35,184 nt of DNA, from the IMG/VR virus record IMGVR_UViG_3300027860_000002. The stretch is one strand, 5' to 3'. The stretch is from a virus. The notes beneath the pieces are model-generated. The model was given only the letters and a program-made list of their open reading frames with translations, ran no database searches and was not told where the DNA came from. Shown here in pieces: positions 7,593-16,397 of this stretch. Position numbers and translations under genes: made by a program. Numbering within the stretch: position 1 is the first letter of the stretch; every line of letters begins with the position of its first letter.

Positions 7593-9869
7593 TTATCCTA
7601 ACAAGTCATCACGGGTAGGAGTACAATTGAGTACCATACCTTCAAGGTTAAATCCTTCTAAAGAAACTGCCGCATTCATCATCTCTTCTTGCGTCCAATA
7701 AAGTCGTATCTGTATAAAGCTACCATCAGATTGGCAATAGACGCGATGCCATAGTCGCTGTTGTTGTTGTTCTTGGGGCACTAAGGCATACGGGCTTGTT
7801 TCAAGTATATTCGTTCCTAAGGCAGCTCCTGTAGCTACTCCCTGCGGTACCAGTCCAAGCTCAGAGCTCGAGGCAAAGTAATCGATGGTTATTTCACCGG
7901 CTGCAGTACGAAGTACGCAAAAATCTAAATAAGGAACATAGAAGCTACGACCTTGAGATACATACGGATTCCATTGCTTAGAGTAGATGTCTATCTCAGA
8001 GACGAGGAACATAGTACCCCCACCAGTATAAGGACCAACGAGGCCAGGAATAATAACCTGAATAGTGTTAACGTCAACAACCATATATACCTGATAAATA
8101 CCCGCCACAAAGCCTGTAACACCATTAAGATCGAGTATATACACATAATCTGACTCATCCTCAAAAGTAGATAAGCTATGGCTCATAATAGTAAGCGTTA
8201 CTATATCACCCGCAATCGCTACATTAGTAATAGTGAGAGATTGAGCGTTGGTAGGCAGATCACGGTTCAGAATAAGTACATACCCTTGTTGATTGCCTGC
8301 TAGAACTTGGCGTTGCTGGGCCTGAACAAGCATATCATTCCATGTAGCATCATACTCTTCCCAGGTCTCATTAAGATCTGCCCAGGTAACATCGGTAGAC
8401 TGAAAGAAATAGCCATAACAGAGCCAAGTATCATCAAAAAGAGCCCAAGTTTGATTGGCATAATTATAGACCAGTACTTGATCTGGATAACGATTGGTAT
8501 TAACTGATGGTATTTCTATTGAAGGAAATGACCAATAGACCAGCTCAGAATAATAATCACGTATACCGGCAACACGCTTAGATCCATTCTGCAGTTTACT
8601 AATCTCAAATATTTCATCGGGTATATTATTGTCGATTCGTTCTACGTTTGATCCATTGCAGGCGTGGACGCCAGTATCGCCTATCGCCAATACTACCTTA
8701 TCAAAAGGTACCGTCGAGAAGGTACCTAAAGCACCGAGCTCTTGGTTAAGTTGTTGCCATACAAAAGGCAAGACCTGATTGCCCGTGTATGCAAGTTCCC
8801 AGGTAGACCTTTCAAACTGTACGATCAGTCTATCTTTAATAAACTTAGCCGACACGATCTGTTCTTTTGTTGGCGCATCTATAAACCCTGCACCTGCTGC
8901 GTTAGTACCACCAACTACAACCCCTGGCTCATACCAAGCATTTGTAGCCGTAGGGGATCCATTAATACTATATCTACAGCGGTTGGGGTACGCGTGATTC
9001 TCCATATTAGAATCAAGGAACTCAATAGTATTGAGCATGATAAGACGATTCTTAAATGGCAATATTATGAGTGCTGTTTGAATAAACGAGCCATCAGCTA
9101 AGAACGTAGTTGCATTGCTATAATTGTTCCAGTCAGTGCCATCATATGCCCATATTGGATCATCATTAGCGCCGGGAGCACCTATTGTTGCATTAAAATT
9201 CGTGACAAAAAGATACACGATATCGTCGGCAGGACCATCCCAATTACATGTCCAATAATAGTTGAGATTAGTACCGTGCCATTGCATAGTGCCCACAGAA
9301 GTTGAATTAATAAGGACCCACTGATTCGTTTGCCATTCATAAGCAAACTGTGTATCAAATGCTACGGTAGGTTGATCATTTATGGGGCCAACTTCATAAT
9401 TACAGATTCCCAAAACGGGTTGCCCCGAGTAATAATAGACAGGAGTATTGGCTGGGGCACCCACAAACACAAACTGGCCATTGGCCGTATTAAATGTCTT
9501 TGTAGCTGTTGCACCTGTATCAAGCATTTGGTTGTTGCCGGCAAGATATACTGTGTATATTTCACCACCTATAGAGAACTGTTGGCCCAAAGTACTATAC
9601 ACAGCGCTAGCACCAGGAACAGTACCACTAAGATTCCCTGTACCATTTGTAGTTCCCACTTGCGCACGAAGGCGCGATAATAAGGGGGCAGTCATTGTAT
9701 TCGTTGCCCCATTCCCCATAAGTTCAGATCCCACTCGCTTTCTTACCGTTCCTCTAAATACATAGGCATTATAGAGCTGATAAAAAGCGTCTTCGGGTAT
9801 TTGCCATTGAGGTATACCATTAATAAGGCCTGATTTAAGAGGTGCTATAAGAAAACGATCATATGCCAT
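7593..9869 (-). CDS. Large tail/nozzle protein (758 aa), in the position of T7-type tail tubular protein B
   Basis: Largest ORF in the genome. Called on size and order (capsid, adaptor-like genes, 206 aa, 758 aa). The function is positional only. Confidence 0.5.
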   Translation of the reverse strand: MAYDRFLIAPLKSGLINGIPQWQIPEDAFYQLYNAYVFRGTVRKRVGSELMGNGATNTMTAPLLSRLRAQVGTTNGTGNLSGTVPGASAVYSTLGQQFSIGGEIYTVYLAGNNQMLDTGATATKTFNTANGQFVFVGAPANTPVYYYSGQPVLGICNYEVGPINDQPTVAFDTQFAYEWQTNQWVLINSTSVGTMQWHGTNLNYYWTCNWDGPADDIVYLFVTNFNATIGAPGANDDPIWAYDGTDWNNYSNATTFLADGSFIQTALIILPFKNRLIMLNTIEFLDSNMENHAYPNRCRYSINGSPTATNAWYEPGVVVGGTNAAGAGFIDAPTKEQIVSAKFIKDRLIVQFERSTWELAYTGNQVLPFVWQQLNQELGALGTFSTVPFDKVVLAIGDTGVHACNGSNVERIDNNIPDEIFEISKLQNGSKRVAGIRDYYSELVYWSFPSIEIPSVNTNRYPDQVLVYNYANQTWALFDDTWLCYGYFFQSTDVTWADLNETWEEYDATWNDMLVQAQQRQVLAGNQQGYVLILNRDLPTNAQSLTITNVAIAGDIVTLTIMSHSLSTFEDESDYVYILDLNGVTGFVAGIYQVYMVVDVNTIQVIIPGLVGPYTGGGTMFLVSEIDIYSKQWNPYVSQGRSFYVPYLDFCVLRTAAGEITIDYFASSSELGLVPQGVATGAALGTNILETSPYALVPQEQQQQRLWHRVYCQSDGSFIQIRLYWTQEEMMNAAVSLEGFNLEGMVLNCTPTRDDLLG

Positions 9870-9870
9870 A

Positions 9871-10491
9871 TTACACCCCTGAACCTATAACAAGATAGTT
9901 AACTATAAGGCCAGCAGTATTTGAGTTTATAGCAAGACTAAATATCCCTGTAAAATTAGCCGAAAGAGTAGCTGTAGGGGCAGGCGTTTGTCCAAATGAC
10001 ACTTGAACAGACAATAATTGAGTAAATACCGGCCCTTGATTCCCACCTGCATTGAGATTTACTGTTACTGGACCCGGAACGGCCGTTGTCGCCCGACCCC
10101 ATTGCATTAGAATGCCAGAAGGTAAAAATGTCCATCCGATCGCCCCTAATGAAGCGCCACTATAATATCCCAATATAGATGCTGTAGACGGAACGCTCAC
10201 GTCAACAGTGCCAACATTTGTCTGATTCTCTTTACGTATATAGAACTCATTTTTGGTAGCAGCGTTAACGGTATATGCTTGGTTCCACAGATCTATTTCT
10301 CCCAACGTAAATGCTGGAGGTGCGCCCTGTACGGGCATTTGTACATAGATATGCTTACCCGCATTGGTTAGATCAAAACTTACATGGTTAGCATTTGCCC
10401 AAGTGTAGAGCGATTGAAAGTTACCCAGTATCTGACCCTGCGATTGAGATATCTTGTCACCAGGCTGCGGAATATTTTGGTTGAAGCTCAT
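9871..10491 (-). CDS. Tail protein (206 aa), in the position of tail tubular protein A
   Basis: ORF track. The gap to the next gene is 1 nt. Confidence 0.45.
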   Translation of the reverse strand: MSFNQNIPQPGDKISQSQGQILGNFQSLYTWANANHVSFDLTNAGKHIYVQMPVQGAPPAFTLGEIDLWNQAYTVNAATKNEFYIRKENQTNVGTVDVSVPSTASILGYYSGASLGAIGWTFLPSGILMQWGRATTAVPGPVTVNLNAGGNQGPVFTQLLSVQVSFGQTPAPTATLSANFTGIFSLAINSNTAGLIVNYLVIGSGV

Positions 10492-11540
10492 TAGAATGTC
10501 CCCTGTCCCCAGTTATATCCTGGGCTACTATTATTTAAAGCATCTGTATATATTGTAGCAACGCGCTCATTAGTGTTCTGTACAATAGTTCTCCGCTGCA
10601 CCAGAAGCATTTGTTCTTTAAATTCGGGCATAATGCGATTGACACTATCCAGATCGCGTCTATCCTGAAGCACTTTTAAGCTCGCGCCGTAAGATATAAA
10701 TTGCCACCACTCTTCAAGCTGAGGAGACTGCCCCGCCTGTAACAATTGCGTAGGCCTTACATACACTTCTATATCTACAGGATATGCCTGATCAGGTACC
10801 GGCCTAAAAGTAAATTGGTTCTGGAAATAGAGTACTATTGTAGGTCGAGATGGCTGGTAGTAAAACACATGAGCATTGATATTCTGGCCTGCGGCAGGAG
10901 GAGTAGGAAAGTTAACAAAGTACTGTCCTGTAAGATAATTTATATTGTTTATAGCGGCCGGAGGCATCGTAAAATCAGGATACGTATTAGGAGGATACAG
11001 ATAACCCAATTCTCCATTATAGGGAGCATCCTGCATAACAAGGGCATTGTTGAATTGATCGGCAGATGTAATAGTCACATAGTTACGCAGTATATTAATA
11101 TTCTGACTATTAAACTGGCTGAGTGGTGAGTTAAGGCTATTAATAAAGCCCGTAAAAAAAGTAGTTACACCATCCCCAACTGTCAATGTCATATCCGATC
11201 TATTCTTAGGGTACCACCCAAAAAACTCACCCTCAGACTGAGTCATGTTGATCTCTACACCGTCTACATACACTGGTGGGTGAACGGTAAGAAAGTTTTG
11301 CTGGAACTCAAATAGTGGGTCGTTGATTATTTCATTTGATTGGTACACATCAACGCCTGGCGATGTATAGAATGTATATTTCTGGCGCAAGTTAAAAAGC
11401 CGTAGATGTTCAGGAAAGTCGTATTGTATAAACGTATTAACATATTGATCTATATCAGCATCTGCAAGTTGATTGGGTGATGGCGAAAGTGTTAATCGCC
11501 TTACTTTGGTTCTTATAGCTCCAAGTGTACTATCTGCCAT
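10491..11540 (-). CDS. Virion structural protein (349 aa), possible head-tail adaptor
   Basis: ORF track. ATGA-type overlap with the next gene. The function is positional only. Confidence 0.45.
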   Translation of the reverse strand: MADSTLGAIRTKVRRLTLSPSPNQLADADIDQYVNTFIQYDFPEHLRLFNLRQKYTFYTSPGVDVYQSNEIINDPLFEFQQNFLTVHPPVYVDGVEINMTQSEGEFFGWYPKNRSDMTLTVGDGVTTFFTGFINSLNSPLSQFNSQNINILRNYVTITSADQFNNALVMQDAPYNGELGYLYPPNTYPDFTMPPAAINNINYLTGQYFVNFPTPPAAGQNINAHVFYYQPSRPTIVLYFQNQFTFRPVPDQAYPVDIEVYVRPTQLLQAGQSPQLEEWWQFISYGASLKVLQDRRDLDSVNRIMPEFKEQMLLVQRRTIVQNTNERVATIYTDALNNSSPGYNWGQGTF

Positions 11541-11548
11541 AGCTCCTC

Positions 11549-11926
11549 CTAATATGGTGGCAAAACGTTGCGAGTTGCCTGTGTAAGCTTATTATTATTT
11601 TCTCCCACAGGAATGACTTGCGCTACCGAATTTACCTGTGGCGATGGATTTGGTGGCGTTACAAAGGCATCAAACATAGTGGTATCTATGGTTATAGTAA
11701 ACTGCGTAGGGGTGGTAACGACTATTTCACCTATAAGGGTATTAGCCTGAACCATACCCCATCCTTGAGGGACAAGCAGTCTCACAATATCACCAGTTTG
11801 ATAACTATGCGGAAAAGTGGTTGTTACAAGCGCATTAGTTGCCTGCGTAATAGCACCGATATTACGCATAGCAGGAAGAAATACGGGAAATGGTATATAG
11901 TATGGATTCGGTATTGGTCCAGGCAT
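11549..11926 (-). CDS. Small structural protein (125 aa)
   Basis: GAITQATNALVTTTFPHSYQTGDIVRLLVPQGWGM resembles a segment of the 357-aa protein (AITGFSAANPPVVLTATTPLVGQFVRLANL). Confidence 0.5.
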   Translation of the reverse strand: MPGPIPNPYYIPFPVFLPAMRNIGAITQATNALVTTTFPHSYQTGDIVRLLVPQGWGMVQANTLIGEIVVTTPTQFTITIDTTMFDAFVTPPNPSPQVNSVAQVIPVGENNNKLTQATRNVLPPY

Positions 11927-11934
11927 AGTTTTCC

Positions 11935-12390
11935 TTACGACATATGGCCTATCTTCTGTGCGGTGTAGATAGTTGCTTCACCTTCTGGCGTGATATCTTC
12001 TATATCAACAAACTCCAAACTCTGGAAGCTACAGCGGCGTATCTTTTTCTGTATCTTAAATTGACCGCCAAAGCGTCCCATTTCATCCATGAGATAATCA
12101 TGTACCGGGTACCAACAGTTTTTATTGAGATGGCGCGCTACACCAAGGGGTAAATTATATACTTGGCCATCTACAAGAGTAAACGATTGTACTGGTTCAT
12201 CGCGGTACTTTTTATATACAAAATTCATTGTACCACCAGGAACCTCATGGAACCTAAAGATGCCACGAACTATTTCTTTATCTTTTTGCATCTCAAATGC
12301 CCAGTCTTTACCTGATCGTCGCTCTGGCTTTGATGGAGTAAGATTACGGGGATTAGTGTGTGATTTTTCTACTGTTTCTTTTTGTGACAT
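11935..12390 (-). CDS. Hypothetical protein (151 aa)
   Basis: ORF track. GGAGAG lies before the ATG at 12390. Confidence 0.55.
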   Translation of the reverse strand: MSQKETVEKSHTNPRNLTPSKPERRSGKDWAFEMQKDKEIVRGIFRFHEVPGGTMNFVYKKYRDEPVQSFTLVDGQVYNLPLGVARHLNKNCWYPVHDYLMDEMGRFGGQFKIQKKIRRCSFQSLEFVDIEDITPEGEATIYTAQKIGHMS

Positions 12391-12405
12391 AGTCTCTCCT
12401 AGTAA

Positions 12406-12425
12406 AGGGGGCCTTTAAGCCCCCT
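12406..12425 (-). terminator. GC-rich hairpin (GGGGGC-6 nt-GCCCCC) after the 357-aa gene
   Basis: Read directly. Only a short TTT tail follows on the minus strand, so it may attenuate rather than terminate. Confidence 0.4.
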
Positions 12426-12430
12426 CATTA

Positions 12431-13504
12431 TCAATAAAACGTGAAGGTATTACCAGCCATCCAGAACATAGAGTCACCAATACCAGTGTTAGTATTGAAG
12501 CCTCCAGCAGGACCTGCGTTTTGAGCGCCGGCTCCACGCAGACCACCACCAAGCTGCATACCTATAAAAGCAGTATTTAACGTTGCATCACTGAGGATGT
12601 TAACGTTATTAAGTAATGCTATAGAGGTATATTCACCCATCGGTGTGGTTTGAGCAGGAGAGAACGGAACTAAAGCAGCAGGTGGATAGTACGTAGGACC
12701 AGCAAATGCCCAAGGGCCATATGCTGATGTATCTATATTTACTGTAATGGTAAAGAGTGTTGTAGGTTCATTACCGGTTACAATAACAGGAGCGTTACCC
12801 ACAGCAACAATAGTTGTTTGCATACCATCAAGAAGCGCATAATTACCCCATACTTGAGTGCCACCAGGGAAGTTAAGACGTATTTCTTGGCCAACTTGGT
12901 ATCCACTATTAACAGAAGTATAGATAACAGGTGTCACTTCAGCTGACATATAGGTAATAGCTCGATGGTTTGGATACCATTGAGCTACAGGAATAACTCT
13001 ATAACTACCCGCGTTAGAAGCTACAGTACCTACGGCGTTAACGCCACCAAGTGTAAAGCTTACTCCAGGGTTAACCGCAGTAACTTGGAAATCGATACCT
13101 GCAAATTGCGGCTGGTTATTGAGGTTTGCCAATCGCACAAACTGTCCTACGAGAGGAGTAGTCGCTGTCAGAACAACTGGAGGATTAGCAGCGCTAAACC
13201 CAGTAATAGCATATGACACACCAGGAGTAGCAACAGATGTATTAATAACAGTAAACCCGTTGCCAGCAGCAAGTTCACCAACAGTAACCGAGTTATTAGC
13301 TAAACCACCATTCTTAGTCCAGACAACACCCTGGGAAATAGGCATGCCTACTTGCCAGAAGAAATCATAACCCAAAACGGCAGCGGCTTGCGTAAGCGCT
13401 GTTTGATTAAGCACTCTCATCCAACTTACACCCGATGGTATAGGTATGATGATATTAGCACCTGTTGAAGTAAATTGACCTTGTAGAGTAATAGTATTAT
13501 TCAT
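12431..13504 (-). CDS. Abundant virion structural protein (357 aa), possible decoration or second capsid-associated protein
   Basis: Starts 10 nt after the capsid stop codon and is followed by a hairpin. Confidence 0.5.
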   Translation of the reverse strand: MNNTITLQGQFTSTGANIIIPIPSGVSWMRVLNQTALTQAAAVLGYDFFWQVGMPISQGVVWTKNGGLANNSVTVGELAAGNGFTVINTSVATPGVSYAITGFSAANPPVVLTATTPLVGQFVRLANLNNQPQFAGIDFQVTAVNPGVSFTLGGVNAVGTVASNAGSYRVIPVAQWYPNHRAITYMSAEVTPVIYTSVNSGYQVGQEIRLNFPGGTQVWGNYALLDGMQTTIVAVGNAPVIVTGNEPTTLFTITVNIDTSAYGPWAFAGPTYYPPAALVPFSPAQTTPMGEYTSIALLNNVNILSDATLNTAFIGMQLGGGLRGAGAQNAGPAGGFNTNTGIGDSMFWMAGNTFTFY

Positions 13505-13513
13505 AGTTACTCC

Positions 13514-13791
13514 TTAGGCTTGTGTAGCACGTAAATTGATTACCCAGGCATCATTTAAGATACGTGGGACCTCAGCAAACTTGTACCCAACAGACGCATT
13601 GAGAGCTAAAGGACCATCATATATCGGTGGTCGGTATATAAAGGCCGCACTGTATCCATCTTGTTCTACGCAGGCATATGCTTCCATACCAACACAGAAT
13701 ATGTTGTATACGGTATTACCATTTGCAGATGCAAAAGGAATTGCAGAACCAATACTAGAAATCAAAAAGCGTAGGTTGCCAATTGAGCCCC
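13514..13791 (-). CDS. Major capsid protein, exon 3
   Basis: Encodes (W)GSIGNLRFLISSIGSAIPFASANGNTVYNIFCVGMEAYACVEQDGY...RATQA. It has no start codon or RBS of its own. The 5' end at 13791 follows the intron-terminal G at 13792 (uncertain by about 3 nt). Confidence 0.75.
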
Positions 13792-14226
13792 CAATCTGTT
13801 ACTTTCCTATGACTGCCCATTACAAATCGGGTCAGCGGGTTACCCTCTTCCTAGGAGCCGATCACCACGGCTCGGAGTAACCTCTCTATGTTTCCATAGA
13901 GTTCAGACTATCGCATCCTCTTTCGAGGTTTTCGGGTTTAGTCGTTCAGGCTGAATGAAACGTTCTCTCCAGTATTTCAAAAGATCATCGCGATTTAATT
14001 TATTATTAAAATACAAATCAGTATCAACAAATCTATAAATTCTGTCATGACATTCACCACAGAAAATATATTCATCAAAATTACTAACGCGTAAAATAAT
14101 AAAATAATCACAATCTAATGCCATACATTTGATACGTTTCTTCATTCTTGCCCCTTATTGCCGGTTAGCGTATAGCCACTACGGTTTCCAAGTCAATTAC
14201 CGAAAATTTATAGTGAGCTAAGGTTA
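13792..14226 (-). mobile_element. Group I intron 2 in the capsid gene (about 435 nt)
   Basis: P1: exon AGUGAGU pairs with intron GCUCACU, with U.G at the splice site. Shared core GACUAAAC..CCUCGAAAGAGG..GAUAGUC..CUCUAUGGAAACAUAGAG (P7/P8/P9-like, GNRA loops). Terminal G at 13792. Confidence 0.75.
13903..14145 (-). CDS. Intron 2 ORF: 80-aa four-Cys protein of unknown function
   Basis: AAGGGG lies 5 nt before the ATG. Contains CMALDC...CGEC. The last ~14 codons overlap the conserved ribozyme core. Confidence 0.5.
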   Translation of the reverse strand: MKKRIKCMALDCDYFIILRVSNFDEYIFCGECHDRIYRFVDTDLYFNNKLNRDDLLKYWRERFIQPERLNPKTSKEDAIV

Positions 14227-14464
14227 ACTCACTTCGTAAAGCATTCATAGGTGATGGATAGTTATTCTTATGAATAAATCCAGCAACTGCATCTAAGTTA
14301 CCAGTAAGTTGAGTACTGCAAAGAGCAAAGTACGCATCACGTACAGGAGCTGTACCGAAACGGTCTTCGCCCTGAATGTTATCTAATACAGTATACGCAT
14401 TGTTATCAAGCAATGTTCGCACTACAGTATCAACATCAGGTCGTGTTATTTCAGTAGGATTGTC
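14227..14464 (-). CDS. Major capsid protein, exon 2
   Basis: Encodes DNPTEITRPDVDTVVRTLLDNNAYTV...PSPMNALRSE plus one base. It is bounded by the intron 1 terminal G (14465) and the intron 2 5' splice site. Confidence 0.8.
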
Positions 14465-14486
14465 CATTTTCTATTACTTTATTGAC

Positions 14487-15404
14487 TTATATCGAATAAT
14501 ATGCCATTATTTTATCATGATTAAAAAAATTAAAAAATTTAACTATGCATACATAGCTGGATATATCGACGGAGACGGATGTTTTGACATTGGAAAACAG
14601 TATGTTAAAAATCGTCTTAGTCCACGATATCCTGCTGGTATAATAGTATCTTCTACTAATGATAAAATAATAAATTGGTTTAATAATACATTTGGAGGAT
14701 CGGTTCGCTCTTATAAAAAGAGAACTTCTAATCAAAAGCCTATGTATTACTTTATTTTGAGAAAAAATAAAAGTATGTATTTGATTCCAAAAATTCTTCC
14801 TTTTTTGGTTGAAAAACGAGAAGAAGCATGTTTGTTTTTGGAATTTTGTAAACAAACAAACCCTATGAATAAAGAACATCTTATTAATAAGCTTAAAATA
14901 ACCAAAAGTGTGGGCAATCTTGTTACAAAGTATCATAAAGAAGAGTTTGAGCGACTTAAAAGTACAATCAATCCTACGATATATGATTTTGCATATTTGG
15001 CTGGATTTATAGATGCAGAATGTTCGTTGAATATTCAAAAATATAAGCCAAAAAACAAACCAAATTATGTTTATAAGATTCTGTTGCAATGCAACAATAC
15101 TAAAGCACCCGCCTTTAAATGGCTTATTGAAAGATTTGGAGGACAAATACATTTTATTGATCGCAGAAACCATGGAAAAGCAAGAAAGAATCAATTGACC
15201 TGGCGTTTGTCGGGAAAAGCTCTTTCTCATATTCTGCCAAATATTTATCAATTTCTCAGATATAAAAAACCAGTTTGTAAGCAATTGATTAAATTTTATG
15301 AAACAACTCTTAAGAATGGTGGTGCGCGACATACGGATCAATTTAGATCTGAATATGACCGCACTATAAAAATCAGAGAAGAGATTGTAACTAAAGTTCA
15401 TCAA
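14487..15404 (-). CDS. 305-codon intron-sense ORF, codon-aligned antisense to the LAGLIDADG gene. Coding status unknown
   Basis: ORF track. It uses the same triplet phase as the plus-strand gene and is open only because that gene has no TTA, CTA or TCA codons. The F/I/S/K-rich product has no motif I recognise. Confidence 0.2.
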   Translation of the reverse strand: MMNFSYNLFSDFYSAVIFRSKLIRMSRTTILKSCFIKFNQLLTNWFFISEKLINIWQNMRKSFSRQTPGQLILSCFSMVSAINKMYLSSKSFNKPFKGGCFSIVALQQNLINIIWFVFWLIFLNIQRTFCIYKSSQICKIIYRRIDCTFKSLKLFFMILCNKIAHTFGYFKLINKMFFIHRVCLFTKFQKQTCFFSFFNQKRKNFWNQIHTFIFSQNKVIHRLLIRSSLFIRANRSSKCIIKPIYYFIISRRYYYTSRISWTKTIFNILFSNVKTSVSVDISSYVCIVKFFNFFNHDKIMAYYSI

Positions 15405-15434
15405 TTAAACTCCAAGGGCATAAAATCAATATAA
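14517..15434 (+). CDS. Double-motif LAGLIDADG homing endonuclease (305 aa), antisense to intron 1 and the capsid gene
   Basis: Two motifs: YIAGYIDGDGCF and YLAGFIDAECSL. The first ATG is at 14517 (MIKKIKKF). A possible TTGACT-17-CATTAT promoter lies at 14482-14510. Confidence 0.85.
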   Translation: MIKKIKKFNYAYIAGYIDGDGCFDIGKQYVKNRLSPRYPAGIIVSSTNDKIINWFNNTFGGSVRSYKKRTSNQKPMYYFILRKNKSMYLIPKILPFLVEKREEACLFLEFCKQTNPMNKEHLINKLKITKSVGNLVTKYHKEEFERLKSTINPTIYDFAYLAGFIDAECSLNIQKYKPKNKPNYVYKILLQCNNTKAPAFKWLIERFGGQIHFIDRRNHGKARKNQLTWRLSGKALSHILPNIYQFLRYKKPVCKQLIKFYETTLKNGGARHTDQFRSEYDRTIKIREEIVTKVHQLNSKGIKSI

Positions 15435-15621
15435 GCGGGTGATCATTTCTGTCACCTCTTTATGTTTCCATAAAGATTCGACTATCACATCCTCTTTCGA
15501 GGTCTTTCTGTTTAGTCTGTCACGCTGCACAGCAAATACTTGCTTGCGCCTTGTTGTCTCCAGCATTACCTGGTAAGAGTTCCAAGTCCATTAAGAAAGA
15601 TTTTACAACGGCAACAATTCT

Positions 15622-16053
15622 ACCGTTGACACCAGCGGTGCAATTAATAAATGCGGCAGTTGCAGCGAGCATGTCTCTTGTGAGAGTATCCTCTGTCTGT
15701 CTCAAACTTACACCCAAACGTTCCGCTGCCTGATTAAGCACTGGATCTTGGTTTTGGAGCGTAACTTGCTCATTTAATATTATATATTGACCATAAAACG
15801 AAACGGTTGCATCGATATCGATAGCAGTTAGGTTCACTGAAGGAGGCGTCACGCCAGTATTTCCCAAAGGAACTAGTGCTGTTGGTAGGGGATTATATCT
15901 ACGCATTCTCAGCGTAACACCACCATTCCTAGGCATGACCTTAAGTTCAGCTGGTATCTTATGGATCATGTTTGGAACAGGAACCGATAAGAGTTTGTAG
16001 CTAAAACTTTGTTGGACAGGCGCCGGAAGAGTGGTTGTAGTTGTAATAGGCAT
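15622..16053 (-). CDS. Major capsid protein, exon 1 (144 codons)
   Basis: MPITTTTTLPAPVQQSFSYKLL...PRNGGVTLRMRRYNPLP...FINCTAGVNG looks like an HK97-fold podovirus capsid N-terminus. Past the splice site the frame reads on into intron sequence until the stop at 15520. Confidence 0.8.
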
Positions 16054-16213
16054 GTAATAGAACCTTACATTATGCTATTTCACATAAACACACGTAAGTT
16101 GGCGAGACTTGTATCAGCCGTTTTGTGCATACTGCACGATTTGAGTGGACGATGCTCAAGTTCAGTCCTAGGGTTTTGTTGAAGCGAGCGTCACTTCGAT
16201 ACTGCTCAGAGAG

Positions 16214-16243
16214 AATATACCACTAAGAATAATGGTGTGTGAA
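16214..16243 (-). promoter_or_regulatory. Possible sigma70-type promoter for the capsid operon (TTCACA-18 nt-TATATT)
   Basis: Read on the minus strand, about 155 nt upstream of the capsid ATG. Confidence 0.3.
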
Positions 16244-16274
16244 GAGGTGATATAAAATTCCCACGGTTGCGGGA

Positions 16275-16397
16275 TTATTTCTTTCTGCGTGACCAGTATT
16301 CTTTTTCTTCTGGTAGCTCTAGATACTCTTTTAAAAACATCCAGTAGAGTATATTAAAAATGCAAGTCCCAAGCATTATATGATCATAATTGGTCAT
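16275..16397 (-). CDS. Possible small membrane protein (40 aa)
   Basis: GGAG precedes the ATG. Product MTNYDHIMLGTCIFNILYWMFLKEYLELPEEKEYWSRRKK. Below the ORF-track size cutoff. Confidence 0.3.
   Translation of the reverse strand: MTNYDHIMLGTCIFNILYWMFLKEYLELPEEKEYWSRRKK

Larger units (their letters stand above)
14465..15621 (-). mobile_element. Group I intron 1 in the capsid gene (1157 nt)
   Basis: P1: exon CAACGGU pairs with GCCGUUG, with U.G at the splice site. P10: exon 2 GACAAU pairs with AUUGUU immediately 5' of the guide. The core is shared with intron 2. The intron ends ...AAAAUG. Confidence 0.8.
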
